A DNA stretch of 64,000 nt from assembly GCA_041397065.1 (NCBI GenBank), contig JAWKXG010000012.1, positions 267-64,266 of the forward strand. Direction: 5' to 3'. Of this stretch, positions 38,526 to 48,250 are shown one piece after another (the first letter of the stretch is position 1; each line of letters begins with the position of its first letter). Both the position numbers and the translations under genes were made by a program. Under the pieces are notes generated by a model. The model was not told the DNA's origin. It saw only the letters and a program-made list of their open reading frames with translations, and ran no database searches. This DNA is from Paracoccaceae bacterium (GTDB lineage: Bacteria; Pseudomonadota; Alphaproteobacteria; Rhodobacterales; Rhodobacteraceae).

Positions 38526-38829
38526 GATCGGGTCTCCTGCTGGGTCAAGTTGTCGGGCCGCCGGGTCTATGTCCGAGGGTCAGGGTTTCGTGCCACGAAA
38601 CCCGCACCCGCGTCCAGCGTGGCGGTGATTGCAGCCGGTCCCCTTGCGAACGGGGTGTTTCGCATGGGGCATCTTGCGCGATCTGTTCAAAGTCCGCACA
38701 ACAAGGTTCGTATCGCGAACAAAATTCGGATTTCGCACATATTCGGTTGCACCGGGTCGCGTGCTGGCGGTTCATCACTTCGCAACTGACCCGCCCGTCC
38801 AAAGCCGCCCCAGACAGGAGACTGCCGAC

Positions 38830-39678
38830 ATGGCCAAATACCTGAACATCGAGAACTCGGCCGAGGCCGTCATCGCGCGGATCAACGACGACGAATGCGC
38901 GCCGCGCTTTCGGCAGATCATGGAATCGCTGATTACCCATCTGCATGGCTTCATCAAGGATGTGGAACTGACGCAGGAAGAATGGGAAATCGCGATCGAT
39001 TTTCTGACCCGCACGGGACAGAAATGCAGCGACGAGCGGCAAGAATGGATCCTCATGTCCGATACGCTGGGCGTGTCGATGCTGGTCGACGCGCTGAACA
39101 ATCAGCGCCCTGCGAACGCGACACAGACCACTGTGCTGGGCCCGTTCCACGTGGTCGGGGCGCCCGAGTTGCCGATGGGCGCGAATATCTCGCTGGATGG
39201 GGTGGGTGAAAGCTGCCTTTTCGAAGGGCGCGTTCTGGATACGAACGGCAATCCCGTCGCGGGCGCCCGACTGGATGTGTGGTCGGACAATGCCGACGGG
39301 TTCTATGACGTGCAGCAGCCGGGCATTCAGCCCAAATGGAACAATCGCGGGATTTTCACCACCGGGGCCGATGGCGCTTATCATTTCGTCGGGATCAAGC
39401 CCGTGTCCTATCCGGTGCCTGTCGATGGCCCCGCGGGCGAAATGCTGACGGGTATGGGCCGTCACCCGTTCCGTCCGGCGCATACGCATCTGATTGTCAC
39501 CGCGCCGGGGTATCAGAAACTGGTGACGCATATCTTTGTCGGCGACGACCCCTATATCGACTCGGACGCGGTGTTCGGCGTCAAGGAAACGCTGATGGCG
39601 CCTTTCGCCCGCACCGAAGGCGGGGCGACCGCGTGGATCTGCCCCTTCGACATCGTCCTTGCGCCAGCGGTGGGATGA
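38830..39678 (+). CDS. Intradiol ring-cleavage dioxygenase (hydroxyquinol 1,2-dioxygenase-like)
   Basis: LMSDTLGVS, VLGPFH, and Fe-ligand motifs GFYD, SYP and RPAHTH. Confidence 0.9.
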   Translation: MAKYLNIENSAEAVIARINDDECAPRFRQIMESLITHLHGFIKDVELTQEEWEIAIDFLTRTGQKCSDERQEWILMSDTLGVSMLVDALNNQRPANATQTTVLGPFHVVGAPELPMGANISLDGVGESCLFEGRVLDTNGNPVAGARLDVWSDNADGFYDVQQPGIQPKWNNRGIFTTGADGAYHFVGIKPVSYPVPVDGPAGEMLTGMGRHPFRPAHTHLIVTAPGYQKLVTHIFVGDDPYIDSDAVFGVKETLMAPFARTEGGATAWICPFDIVLAPAVG

Positions 39679-39775
39679 CAGGCCGGACGGGTGATCCATA
39701 AAACCAATAAGGAATGTTATGTAAAATGATGGCAGCGTTCCGTGCTGTCGAGCAGGGCGTCGATTTGGCAGAACA

Positions 39776-40312
39776 TCACCGACGCCGCGACAATCTTCTT
39801 TGGGCGGCCAGCAATTCGTCCAGTGTCGGTGGACAGTGGGAAAAGCGATAGTCCCAGCCATCCTTCGAGCGCTTTGTTTTCAACCCCTGACGCGTCAGCC
39901 AGAAGATGAGCCGGCACCGGTCCTTCGGATGGGTTTCCATCCATGTCTTCAGCGCTTCCTGCTGAATGAGGATGCTTTCGCGAAAACCGTATCGCTGATC
40001 GCCGCAGTTGTGCCGCCGAACCAGCCAATCATGGATCAAGGCAACGGCGGGATAGCTGTCGGGTTGCAAGAGTCGCCCGATGCGCAGAAAACGCGGGATC
40101 GTCCCCAAGTCCGAGAAGAACGTGCCGGGTTCGACGATCTCGCCGTTGTGGCGAACAAATCGCATCGGCCGACCTTCCCGAGCGGTATAAAGATACCAAC
40201 CCTGCTGCTCGGTCGGTGTCAGCGTCGCAAGCAGGTCGTCGGCATTCTCGAAGACGCCCGTCTTCGTGTCATCATAGCCCGGAAAGCGCATTTTGGTGTG
40301 TGGATCCGTCAT
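39776..40312 (-). CDS. DUF1353-like protein
   Basis: FFSDLGTIPR..ALIHDWL resembles the DUF1353 signature; last gene of the island. Confidence 0.6.
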   Translation of the reverse strand: MTDPHTKMRFPGYDDTKTGVFENADDLLATLTPTEQQGWYLYTAREGRPMRFVRHNGEIVEPGTFFSDLGTIPRFLRIGRLLQPDSYPAVALIHDWLVRRHNCGDQRYGFRESILIQQEALKTWMETHPKDRCRLIFWLTRQGLKTKRSKDGWDYRFSHCPPTLDELLAAQRRLSRRR

Positions 40313-40347
40313 GCAGGGATGCTATCGCCGGATAGAGGCCACGGCCA

Positions 40348-41094
40348 TCATTCTTGTTCGCCCGTGGCCACAAACCGGACCCAGTCGCCCAGCGGCGCCC
40401 GGGCTGTCCTGAGCGCGTTTTCCGGCGCTGTGACGTCTTCATGTCCCAGTGCAATCCCGCAGGCCAGAACTTCGTCGCGGCTCATCCCGATTTCAGGGCG
40501 GATCTCTTCGTGGAACGGGGCAAAGGCCGCCTGCGGACAGGTCGCAAGCCCGCGTGCCTGAGCAGCGATCAGCAACGTCTGCATGAACATCCCAAGGTCG
40601 ATCCACGACCCGGTTTCCAGCTGGCGCGAGATCGTGATGAACAGGCCCACCGGCGCTCCGAAGAAATCATAGTTGCGCTGGAAATGGGCGCGCATACCGG
40701 ACACGTCACGCCGATCAATTCCCAACAGGCTGTATAAGACGGTGCCCAACTGCCGACGACGGCTGAGATACGGCTCCGAGAACCGGGCAGGATAATACCG
40801 ATAGTCGGTCCATTGCGCGCGCTCGGGGCGCGGATACGCGGCATCGATCCGGGCCGCGATCCGGGCGATCGTGGGCCGTTGAACGACATACACCGACCAC
40901 GGCTGCATATTGGTCCCCGAGGGCGCCCGGGCAGCAACTTCGAGGATCTCGGCAATGACGTCAGGGTCGACGGGCGTGTCGGTAAAGGCCCGAACCGAAC
41001 GGCGCTGGCGCACGACCGCGTCAACCCAAAGGCGCGCCTGAGGGTCAACGAAATCGCGTGCCGCAAGCGCGGCGTTTAGGCGTTCGGCTTTCAT
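40348..41094 (-). CDS. Nitroreductase family protein
   Basis: RRSVRAF, APSGTNMQPW, FFGAP, GLATCPQ and GIALG motifs. Confidence 0.92.
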   Translation of the reverse strand: MKAERLNAALAARDFVDPQARLWVDAVVRQRRSVRAFTDTPVDPDVIAEILEVAARAPSGTNMQPWSVYVVQRPTIARIAARIDAAYPRPERAQWTDYRYYPARFSEPYLSRRRQLGTVLYSLLGIDRRDVSGMRAHFQRNYDFFGAPVGLFITISRQLETGSWIDLGMFMQTLLIAAQARGLATCPQAAFAPFHEEIRPEIGMSRDEVLACGIALGHEDVTAPENALRTARAPLGDWVRFVATGEQE

Positions 41095-41118
41095 CGTGTC
41101 ATTGCCTTCCCCGGTGAT

Positions 41119-41886
41119 TCAATCGGCCAGTTCCAGATGCTCCATTCTGAACCCCTCGATCTCGTCGTGATTGATCGATTCGGCATGTGCATGGACATTG
41201 GCGGCCAGTGTTGCCTCGTCGTTGAAAAGCAACGCCCATTCCGCCAGCCGCAGATACAGGACGATGCCTTGCTGGGCCCCCAGAACTAGGTCGTCGACAT
41301 CCGCAGTCTCGAGCGGCGCGTTGACGATTGCCTCAATGATTTGGTCGCCGTGCGGCAGCGTTTCGTGCTGATGGAGAACAAGAAACTTGGTATTCTCCCG
41401 GGTCAGGAAAGGCGCAGAAAGCGCTTCTTTCACCAAAGGACGCGCGGGACCGGCCGAGATATTCTCGAGGATGATCGCCGTTCCGACGCGGATAAAGGGG
41501 TTCGTGTCGGTGACCTTGTCGAAATAGGCGTGCCACAAGGCGACATCGAAGGGCATCGGCAAGATGGGCAGGTTCAGCGCCTTGAGATCCGACGCCGCCA
41601 CGAGGTAGTGCAGTTCCTCTTCATTGGCAAAGTTCACGAAGAACTTTCGCAAGGGGCGCATCCGCGACAGTCTGCGGCTTGCAGCGACACGCATGAAATA
41701 GGTCTGAACGCCCCGAGTCATGTGGTATTCGAACGTCAGAAACCGCTGATATGCCGTCATCTTGTCGTTGCCCGACGCCATGTAGCGTTTCAACACATCC
41801 GCGAACAGCGATTGCCCTTTCAGGATGAGGGCGTCGATTTCGGCAAAGCTGCGGTCATCCTTCCAGCGGGTCTGTCTGTCGGTCAT
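41119..41886 (-). CDS. Heme-oxygenase-like diiron oxidase (iron-containing redox enzyme family)
   Basis: YxxFLxxxYH, EEELH, LEN and HQHETLPH ligand pattern of HDO enzymes; AAGGAG RBS upstream of the ATG at 41886. Confidence 0.65.
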   Translation of the reverse strand: MTDRQTRWKDDRSFAEIDALILKGQSLFADVLKRYMASGNDKMTAYQRFLTFEYHMTRGVQTYFMRVAASRRLSRMRPLRKFFVNFANEEELHYLVAASDLKALNLPILPMPFDVALWHAYFDKVTDTNPFIRVGTAIILENISAGPARPLVKEALSAPFLTRENTKFLVLHQHETLPHGDQIIEAIVNAPLETADVDDLVLGAQQGIVLYLRLAEWALLFNDEATLAANVHAHAESINHDEIEGFRMEHLELAD

Positions 41887-42637
41887 CGTGTGCATCTCCT
41901 TGATGATCATTCAGCTTTGGGTTCGTTGGCGGGGCGCCGCCGATTTCGGCAATCACCCTGTCGTTGACGGCGACCAGCGGGCTCTTGCTCCGGACGAGGT
42001 TTTCCCTGTCCCAGATATCCATGGCCATGACCTTCTGTTCGCCCGAGAACCGGCACTGATACGCGTCGATTGGCGCGAAGCCGATTTTCGAAAAGAACTT
42101 GGCATGCAGCGGCGAGCAGGTCAGAAATCCGAAACGCTTCTCGCATCGCATCGCGATTTCATAGTTGAGCTGGAACAAGGCGAACACCTCGCGAAAGCCC
42201 GCCTTCTGGGCCCGCGGGGTGAAGAACCGTGTCATCAGGACATCGCGCGCGCTGACGCGTCCGGCCAACAGCGGCTGCAGATCGACGTAATTCGCGTTGT
42301 TCAGTGCGCTTGGGGCGGATTGCATACGGATCGCGTACAGAACCTTTCCGTCACGCTCGAACCACGAATGCGTTGCGTCGAAATCGCAAGGCTCGACGAA
42401 CAATTCCCCTTGGGGATCCAGATTGGCATAGCGCCGCTGACTGTCCTTCAGGAAGACGTCCCCGCGCATCTGAAGATAGCGTTGCGCCTGTTCGGGCGTT
42501 GACAGGATTCGCGCTTCGCCGTTTCGCAGACTGTCAGGGATCGAATGTTCGTTCAGGAACAGCGCCTGCCCTTGCAGCAGCTGGTCAGCAAGGGACGTGT
42601 CGCAAGCGGATGACGTCGGCAGGCAGTCAAGATTCAT
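41855..42637 (-). CDS. N-acyl amino acid synthase (FeeM-like) / AHL-synthase-fold acyltransferase
   Basis: R..VF, E..D, IRM, TRF, C.P....F..IGF and D...L....SP pattern; lacks the LuxI Trp. Confidence 0.55.
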   Translation of the reverse strand: MNLDCLPTSSACDTSLADQLLQGQALFLNEHSIPDSLRNGEARILSTPEQAQRYLQMRGDVFLKDSQRRYANLDPQGELFVEPCDFDATHSWFERDGKVLYAIRMQSAPSALNNANYVDLQPLLAGRVSARDVLMTRFFTPRAQKAGFREVFALFQLNYEIAMRCEKRFGFLTCSPLHAKFFSKIGFAPIDAYQCRFSGEQKVMAMDIWDRENLVRSKSPLVAVNDRVIAEIGGAPPTNPKLNDHQGDAHDDRQTDPLEG

Positions 42638-42722
42638 GGCGAGGACCGACCTTTGAGTGGTTCAATCTCGTAAGTCGGGTCGCCTGCGCGGCGCATACCG
42701 CAAATGCTGTATCGCTTGTGAT

Positions 42723-44384
42723 TCAGGTCGCGGTCTCGAAGGCCTCGCAAAGGAAATTCACCATGTCCTGCGCATGGGTGATCCCGGGCGCCCCGGCCCC
42801 TTCGGGGATTGGCCACAGCGCGACCTTGTCCGGATAGGCGTCGCGAAACCGCGCATAGATCGCGGGGATCATCACCGGATTTCGGACACCGTGAACGATC
42901 GCGATGGGTGCTTTGCAGTCGTCGATCCACGCGCTCCAGTCGATGCCCATGAACATGAAATCGGACTCGTCGCGTTTGTTGCCCAGTGTGTACTGCGAAT
43001 CCATTGCAAACTGCAGTTCGCGCAGGTTCTCTGGGCGCAATGCGGTCTCCTTGTCCATCGGAATGGCCGAGAATTGGGCCGAGATGAATCGGCGCGCGCC
43101 GACCAATCTGACATGAGCCTCGGTCGCTTTCAGGATCAGGCGGAGCATCTTTGGCGAAATCCATGCCGCCCGCATCAAGGCTTGCAGCGCCGGGATCGCG
43201 TCGCCCTGATCCTTGCGAAAGAACCGGCGCGGCATGATGGGAGAGTTGAGCACGACGCGACGCAATGACGCCGGGAAATGCGCGCCGAGATAAACCGACA
43301 TCGGCGAGGACAGTCCCGATCCGAACAGGACGAATTCGCCGATATTCAGCGTTCGCAGGACCGCCGCCACATCCTCGGTGTGGCACTGTTCCTTGGTCAT
43401 CCCGGCCGGTGTCGGATCCGTCGCCGCGATCCCTGGCCGCGCAACCGAAATCATCTTCAATCCGGCGTCAAAGAACATCTTCTCGATTTCGGCCGAGAAG
43501 GTATAGGACAACACATCCGATGGATGGATGACCACCCTGCCTTCAGGGTGACCCGCGACATAGAATTCGACCGCGCGGCCCCCGGCAACGGGGATCAGGA
43601 ACTTCCGACGATACGGGTGTTCGAAGACTGGCCGCAGTTCTTCGATCTCGCCCAGAAACGACGACAGGCCCAGCACGACACGAACCAGCGCCGCTTGTGA
43701 CTTCACGCCGAACTTCGACAAGATCGAATTGAATTGCGTGCGAACGGTGGCCAGTGATCGGCCCCGCGCTTCCGAGATTTCGGCGAGGGACGATCCTTTG
43801 AGAAACTCGCAAAGAACCGTGATTTCAGCCTCGGTCAGGTCATTATAGCGGCCAATCTCGCGGGCGACCTCGACACTCAGCCGGGGATCGATGACGAACA
43901 TCACGGTCAGGCCACGTTGCCCCCCCACGTCGATCAAGGCGACGGTAAGCTCGTTCTCCTGTTCGCCAGCGTAACCGCGCAGAAGCCGGACCCCGGAATT
44001 GCTGCCGGCAGGCGAAGGGTTCTTGATTGCTTCTTCAAGGGACTCGCCCTTTTCAAGCGCAATCGACAGTTTGCTTACGGGCTCGTCGACGGAAATTGAC
44101 AGGTCCTGACGCGCACGGGCATTCATGTCATAGACGGTAGCATCTTTGCGGATCAGCAGCGCGGGATTGTGAAACTGCCCCAAAAGGCGCCGCAAATCGA
44201 TATTCGACTCGAAACGTTCGCCGACGGTGCGCAGCGAGTCGATGGCGGTCTCCAGTTCGCCATCAAGTTCGACTCCATCCGCTTCCTGATAGCTCGCCCG
44301 CCAAAGCGCTGCGATTGCGTCATCACGAGACGGGTCTTGTGACACTGTTCGCAACAGGCCGGGCAGAAACGGTTCTTCTTTCAC
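42723..44384 (-). CDS. PAS-like / LuxR-HTH / alpha-beta-hydrolase-fold transcriptional regulator
   Basis: LTEAE..G.SL.EI...RGRS.ATVRTQ...I..K LuxR HTH, followed by a hydrolase fold (ARPGIA, IVHG..NP). GTG start follows a GAGGA RBS. Confidence 0.75.
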   Translation of the reverse strand: MKEEPFLPGLLRTVSQDPSRDDAIAALWRASYQEADGVELDGELETAIDSLRTVGERFESNIDLRRLLGQFHNPALLIRKDATVYDMNARARQDLSISVDEPVSKLSIALEKGESLEEAIKNPSPAGSNSGVRLLRGYAGEQENELTVALIDVGGQRGLTVMFVIDPRLSVEVAREIGRYNDLTEAEITVLCEFLKGSSLAEISEARGRSLATVRTQFNSILSKFGVKSQAALVRVVLGLSSFLGEIEELRPVFEHPYRRKFLIPVAGGRAVEFYVAGHPEGRVVIHPSDVLSYTFSAEIEKMFFDAGLKMISVARPGIAATDPTPAGMTKEQCHTEDVAAVLRTLNIGEFVLFGSGLSSPMSVYLGAHFPASLRRVVLNSPIMPRRFFRKDQGDAIPALQALMRAAWISPKMLRLILKATEAHVRLVGARRFISAQFSAIPMDKETALRPENLRELQFAMDSQYTLGNKRDESDFMFMGIDWSAWIDDCKAPIAIVHGVRNPVMIPAIYARFRDAYPDKVALWPIPEGAGAPGITHAQDMVNFLCEAFETAT

Positions 44385-44717
44385 GCGTGGTTTCCTCTGT
44401 CGGTCGTCGCGCTGCAAGGCGGTCTGGGCCGGCCGGTGCGTGCATCAGTTTGGGCGGAACAATCTGAAAGGCGCTGACGCGAAAGCTTCCTTCAAAAGGT
44501 TGCAGGTTGCCTAGAACGGACTGATTACTGGGCACGATAACAATGGGTTGGGCATAAATATACGGCACGGCGCGGCCCCGTCGCGCAGAAACTAACCCTA
44601 TCGGTGCGTGAGTACAGTCGCCAACCCGACGCCGTTTGCAGTTCCTTTGGTTCTGTCGAAGGAAGCCGTGGAATCAAGGGGTTCCCCGTTCTGCCGCCCC
44701 CTCCGCCCCTGCCCGCG

Positions 44718-46598
44718 TCAGTGTCGCGGTTCGCGGGGTTCGGCGCGCATCCTTGTTTTCAGTTCGGCTTCCCACCTGTCGATGTTCTCGCGGATCAGGA
44801 TCGAATAGGCGCTGTTCTCGCTGTGCGGGTCGTCGCTTTCGATGAACGCCTGCGCCGTCTCGATCATGGCCTGACGGTCGTGTTCCTCGAAGACACCGAT
44901 CAACCGCTCGGCTTCGTCGCGCGGATGTCCGAGGGCCTCGAAGGCCGACCGCGCGGCGCGGATCGAGCTGTCGTACGTTTCGCGGATGATGTCGCGGCAA
45001 CCGGCGGCCCACAGGTCATAGACGTGCCATCGGTCAATCGCCCGGGCCACCACGTGAACGCCGGGATGGTGTTCATGCATATGACGCGCAAGTTCGGTCG
45101 CGGCGTCCTTGTTGTCGATGGCGATGACGAACACCTTCGCCTCGTCTATGCCAGCCGCATGCAGCAGATCGGGCCGTGTCGCATCGCCGAAATAGGCGCG
45201 CAGACCGAAGCGGCGCAGCATCGCAAGCTGCTCGTTGCTGTAGTCGATCACCGTGGTCTGATAGTCTGCGGCCTGAAGGGCGCGGTTGACGATGCCGCCA
45301 AACCGCCCGTGCCCGGCGATGATGATCTTGGCGCCCGCTTCGATCTCGTCCGCGGGGCGTTCCTGCTGGCGCGAATAACGCGGGGCGATCAACCGGTCAT
45401 AAATGATGAAAAGCGCCGGCGTCAGCAGCATCGACAATGCCACCACCAACAGCAGGATATCGGCCACGGGCTGCGGCACCACGGCATTGGCAACCGTGAA
45501 CGACACAAGCACGAACCCGAACTCGCCGGCCTGCGCAAGCCCCAGCGCAAACAGCCATTTGTCGCCCCCGGCCAGCCTGAACATCCGGCCGATCCCCAGC
45601 ATCACCGCGCATTTCAGCGCGATTAGGCCGAGGGTCAGCCCGATGACGCCTGCAAGATTCTGGCTCAGAAGGCCGAAATCGATGCTGGCGCCGACAGTGA
45701 TGAAAAAGACCCCCAGAAAGATGCCCTTGAACGGCGCAATGTCGCTTTCGAGTTCATGCCGGTATTCGCTGTTCGCCATGACGACGCCCGCCAGAAAGGT
45801 TCCAAGCGCCGGCGACAAGCCCACCATCGTCATCAGCAAGGCGATGGCGATCACCATCATCAGCGCCGTGCTGACGAACAACTCGCGCAGACGCGCCCGG
45901 GCGACATAGCGAAAGATCGGGCCGGTCAGATACCGACCCCCAAGGATCACGAGGCCGACCGCAGCCAGCGTTACCAGCGCCGTCTGCCACCCGGCCAGCC
46001 CTTCGACCATGTTCAGGTTCAGGCCCCCGTCACCATGACCCCCGCCATGCGCATCCCCATGCGCGAGGGCGGCGGTCAATTCCGGCAGGGCCAGCAAGGG
46101 CACAAGCGCCAGCATGGGAATGACGGCAATATCTTGAAACAGCAGGACGGCGAAACTTGCTTGCCCGCCATCGCTGCGCATCAGGCCCTTCTCATTGAGG
46201 GTTTGCGTGACGATCGCGGTCGACGACAGCGCAAAGATCAGCCCGATTGTCAGCGCGACAGACCAAACCTGACCGATCAGCATCGCGACGCCCATCACCG
46301 CCAAGGCCGTGACCGCGATCTGCAATCCGCCCATCACGAAAATCCGCGACCGCATCGCCCAAAGCACCTTGGGCTGCATTTCCAGCCCGATGAGGAACAA
46401 CATCATCACAACGCCGAATTCGGTGAAATGCTGGAGGCCAACGACATCGACGCCGGCCCCATGCAGCACCGGCCCGATGGCGATCCCGGCCAGCAGATAG
46501 CCCAGAACCGACCCGAGGCCGAAGCGCGACGCCAGCGGCACGGCGATCATCCCGGCGAGGAAAATCGTGAAGGTGATGAACATGAATTCGCCGGTCAT
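44718..46598 (-). CDS. Kef-type K+/H+ antiporter (CPA2 + KTN domain)
   Basis: GLGSVLGYL, LSSTA, LLFQD, SEYRHELESDI, GHGRFG and FGDATR motifs. Confidence 0.9.
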   Translation of the reverse strand: MTGEFMFITFTIFLAGMIAVPLASRFGLGSVLGYLLAGIAIGPVLHGAGVDVVGLQHFTEFGVVMMLFLIGLEMQPKVLWAMRSRIFVMGGLQIAVTALAVMGVAMLIGQVWSVALTIGLIFALSSTAIVTQTLNEKGLMRSDGGQASFAVLLFQDIAVIPMLALVPLLALPELTAALAHGDAHGGGHGDGGLNLNMVEGLAGWQTALVTLAAVGLVILGGRYLTGPIFRYVARARLRELFVSTALMMVIAIALLMTMVGLSPALGTFLAGVVMANSEYRHELESDIAPFKGIFLGVFFITVGASIDFGLLSQNLAGVIGLTLGLIALKCAVMLGIGRMFRLAGGDKWLFALGLAQAGEFGFVLVSFTVANAVVPQPVADILLLVVALSMLLTPALFIIYDRLIAPRYSRQQERPADEIEAGAKIIIAGHGRFGGIVNRALQAADYQTTVIDYSNEQLAMLRRFGLRAYFGDATRPDLLHAAGIDEAKVFVIAIDNKDAATELARHMHEHHPGVHVVARAIDRWHVYDLWAAGCRDIIRETYDSSIRAARSAFEALGHPRDEAERLIGVFEEHDRQAMIETAQAFIESDDPHSENSAYSILIRENIDRWEAELKTRMRAEPREPRH

Positions 46599-46795
46599 GG
46601 TGGGGGTCTTTCATCGTTGGATCAGGACGTTCGCGCCCGGTGATGTCCGGGGGCGCCGTCGATCGTCGCGCGGTTTATCGCCCAGAACCATGGGTAACCC
46701 GGTCCAGGCCATAAATCACGCCCAAAACACGCAAGCCGCAGATGACTGATTGGCCGGAAAGACAGGGGCACGCGACGAGGAACGCGACCGTCCCT

Positions 46796-48247
46796 TCAGG
46801 GCAGTGCGCGCAGGGTGCCGTAAGCCTCGCGGAAAGCCTGATACCCGGCTTCGAAACTCGGGCGCAGGCGGGCGTCGGGTTCGATCCGTTCGCAAGCCTC
46901 GGGCGGGACGATCACCGACTCGGGCGGCAGGCCGGTCGCCGCGATCCGGGCAAGGCGCGCCGCGCCGAACGCAGCCCCAAACTCGGCGCTTTGGGGTCGC
47001 AACAGGGGCACGTCGAGGATAGTCGCAAGCAGCCGCAGCCAATAGTCCGAGGCCGCGCCCCCACCAATGGCATACAGCGGGGCAAGAGGGGCGCCGGCAG
47101 CGCGCAGCGCCTCGGCGCTGTCGCGCAGTCCGAAGGCGACGCCCTCCAGAACGGCATGGGTCAAGTCCTGCGTGTCGGTCGCGACCTCGAGCCCGGTAAA
47201 GGCCCCCCGAATGGCCGCATCGTTATGCGGGGTGCGTTCGCCCGCCAGATAGGGATAGAACCGGGTTCGCCCCGGCTTGCGCAGACTTTGCCCGAGGGCC
47301 GCGACGAGCGCGGCGGGCGCATGCCCGCACAGACGTGACAACCAGTTGAGGCTGTCTGTTGCGGAAAGCATCACGCCCATTTGGTACCACCGCCCCGGCA
47401 CCGCGTGGCAAAAGGTGTGAATCGCCGTTTCGGGCCGTGGGTGACAGCCATCGCGCGCGACCAGCAAGACACCCGAAGTGCCCAGCGAAACGAACCCCTG
47501 CCCCTCGGCCAGCGCGCCGATACCACAAGCGGCTGCGGCATTGTCGCCTGCCCCGCCCGCGATCACGACATCGCCCGCTAGACCCCAACGCGCGGCAAGT
47601 TCGGGCCTGAGGGTCGCGGCGGGCTGGCATCCATCGACCAACCGGGGCATCTGGTCGGGGCGCATCGCCCCGGCCGCGAGCAAGTCGGGCGACCAGTCGC
47701 GCGTCTGCACGTCCAGCCACGAGGTGCCCGATGCATCCGAACGATCCGAGAAATATGCGCCCGACAGGTAGAGACCCAAAAACGCCGCCGGCAGAAGCAC
47801 GCGCGCGGTGCGGGCGAAGACCTCGGGTTCGTTGCGGCGGACCCATTCCAGCTTGGGCGCGGTAAAGCCGGGAAACACGATGTTCCCCGACTGTGCGCGC
47901 ATCACGGGCAGCGCATCCATCTGCGACGCTTCGGCATGGCTGCGGGTATCGTTCCACAGGATGCACGGCCGCACGGGCGTGCCGACCTCATCAAGAAGCG
48001 TCGCGCCATGCATATGGCCCGCCACCGCAATGGCCTTGAGCCCGCCAAAGGCCGGGTGCGCTGCGCGCAATTCGTCGATGGCACCATCCAGTGCCATGAC
48101 CCACGCGGCCGGGTCCTGTTCGGCCCAGCCGGGATGTGGGCGCGCGACCGTCAAAGGGCGTTCGGTCGATGCCAATGGGTTGCCATCGTCGTCGGTCAAC
48201 AACAGACGGATTCCCGAGGTGCCCAGATCAACGCCGAGGTAACTCAT
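46796..48247 (-). CDS. xylB: Xylulokinase
   Basis: GVDLGTSG, PCILWND.R, GFTAPK, GAGDNAA, SLGTSG and YLAGERTPHND motifs. Confidence 0.92.
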   Translation of the reverse strand: MSYLGVDLGTSGIRLLLTDDDGNPLASTERPLTVARPHPGWAEQDPAAWVMALDGAIDELRAAHPAFGGLKAIAVAGHMHGATLLDEVGTPVRPCILWNDTRSHAEASQMDALPVMRAQSGNIVFPGFTAPKLEWVRRNEPEVFARTARVLLPAAFLGLYLSGAYFSDRSDASGTSWLDVQTRDWSPDLLAAGAMRPDQMPRLVDGCQPAATLRPELAARWGLAGDVVIAGGAGDNAAAACGIGALAEGQGFVSLGTSGVLLVARDGCHPRPETAIHTFCHAVPGRWYQMGVMLSATDSLNWLSRLCGHAPAALVAALGQSLRKPGRTRFYPYLAGERTPHNDAAIRGAFTGLEVATDTQDLTHAVLEGVAFGLRDSAEALRAAGAPLAPLYAIGGGAASDYWLRLLATILDVPLLRPQSAEFGAAFGAARLARIAATGLPPESVIVPPEACERIEPDARLRPSFEAGYQAFREAYGTLRALP

Positions 48248-48250
48248 GTC

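Noticed and set aside
41855-44384. Canonical luxI/luxR AHL quorum-sensing pair
   Set aside because: The synthase lacks the conserved LuxI Trp and spacing, and the regulator has no autoinducer-binding domain. Reported instead as a non-canonical system.
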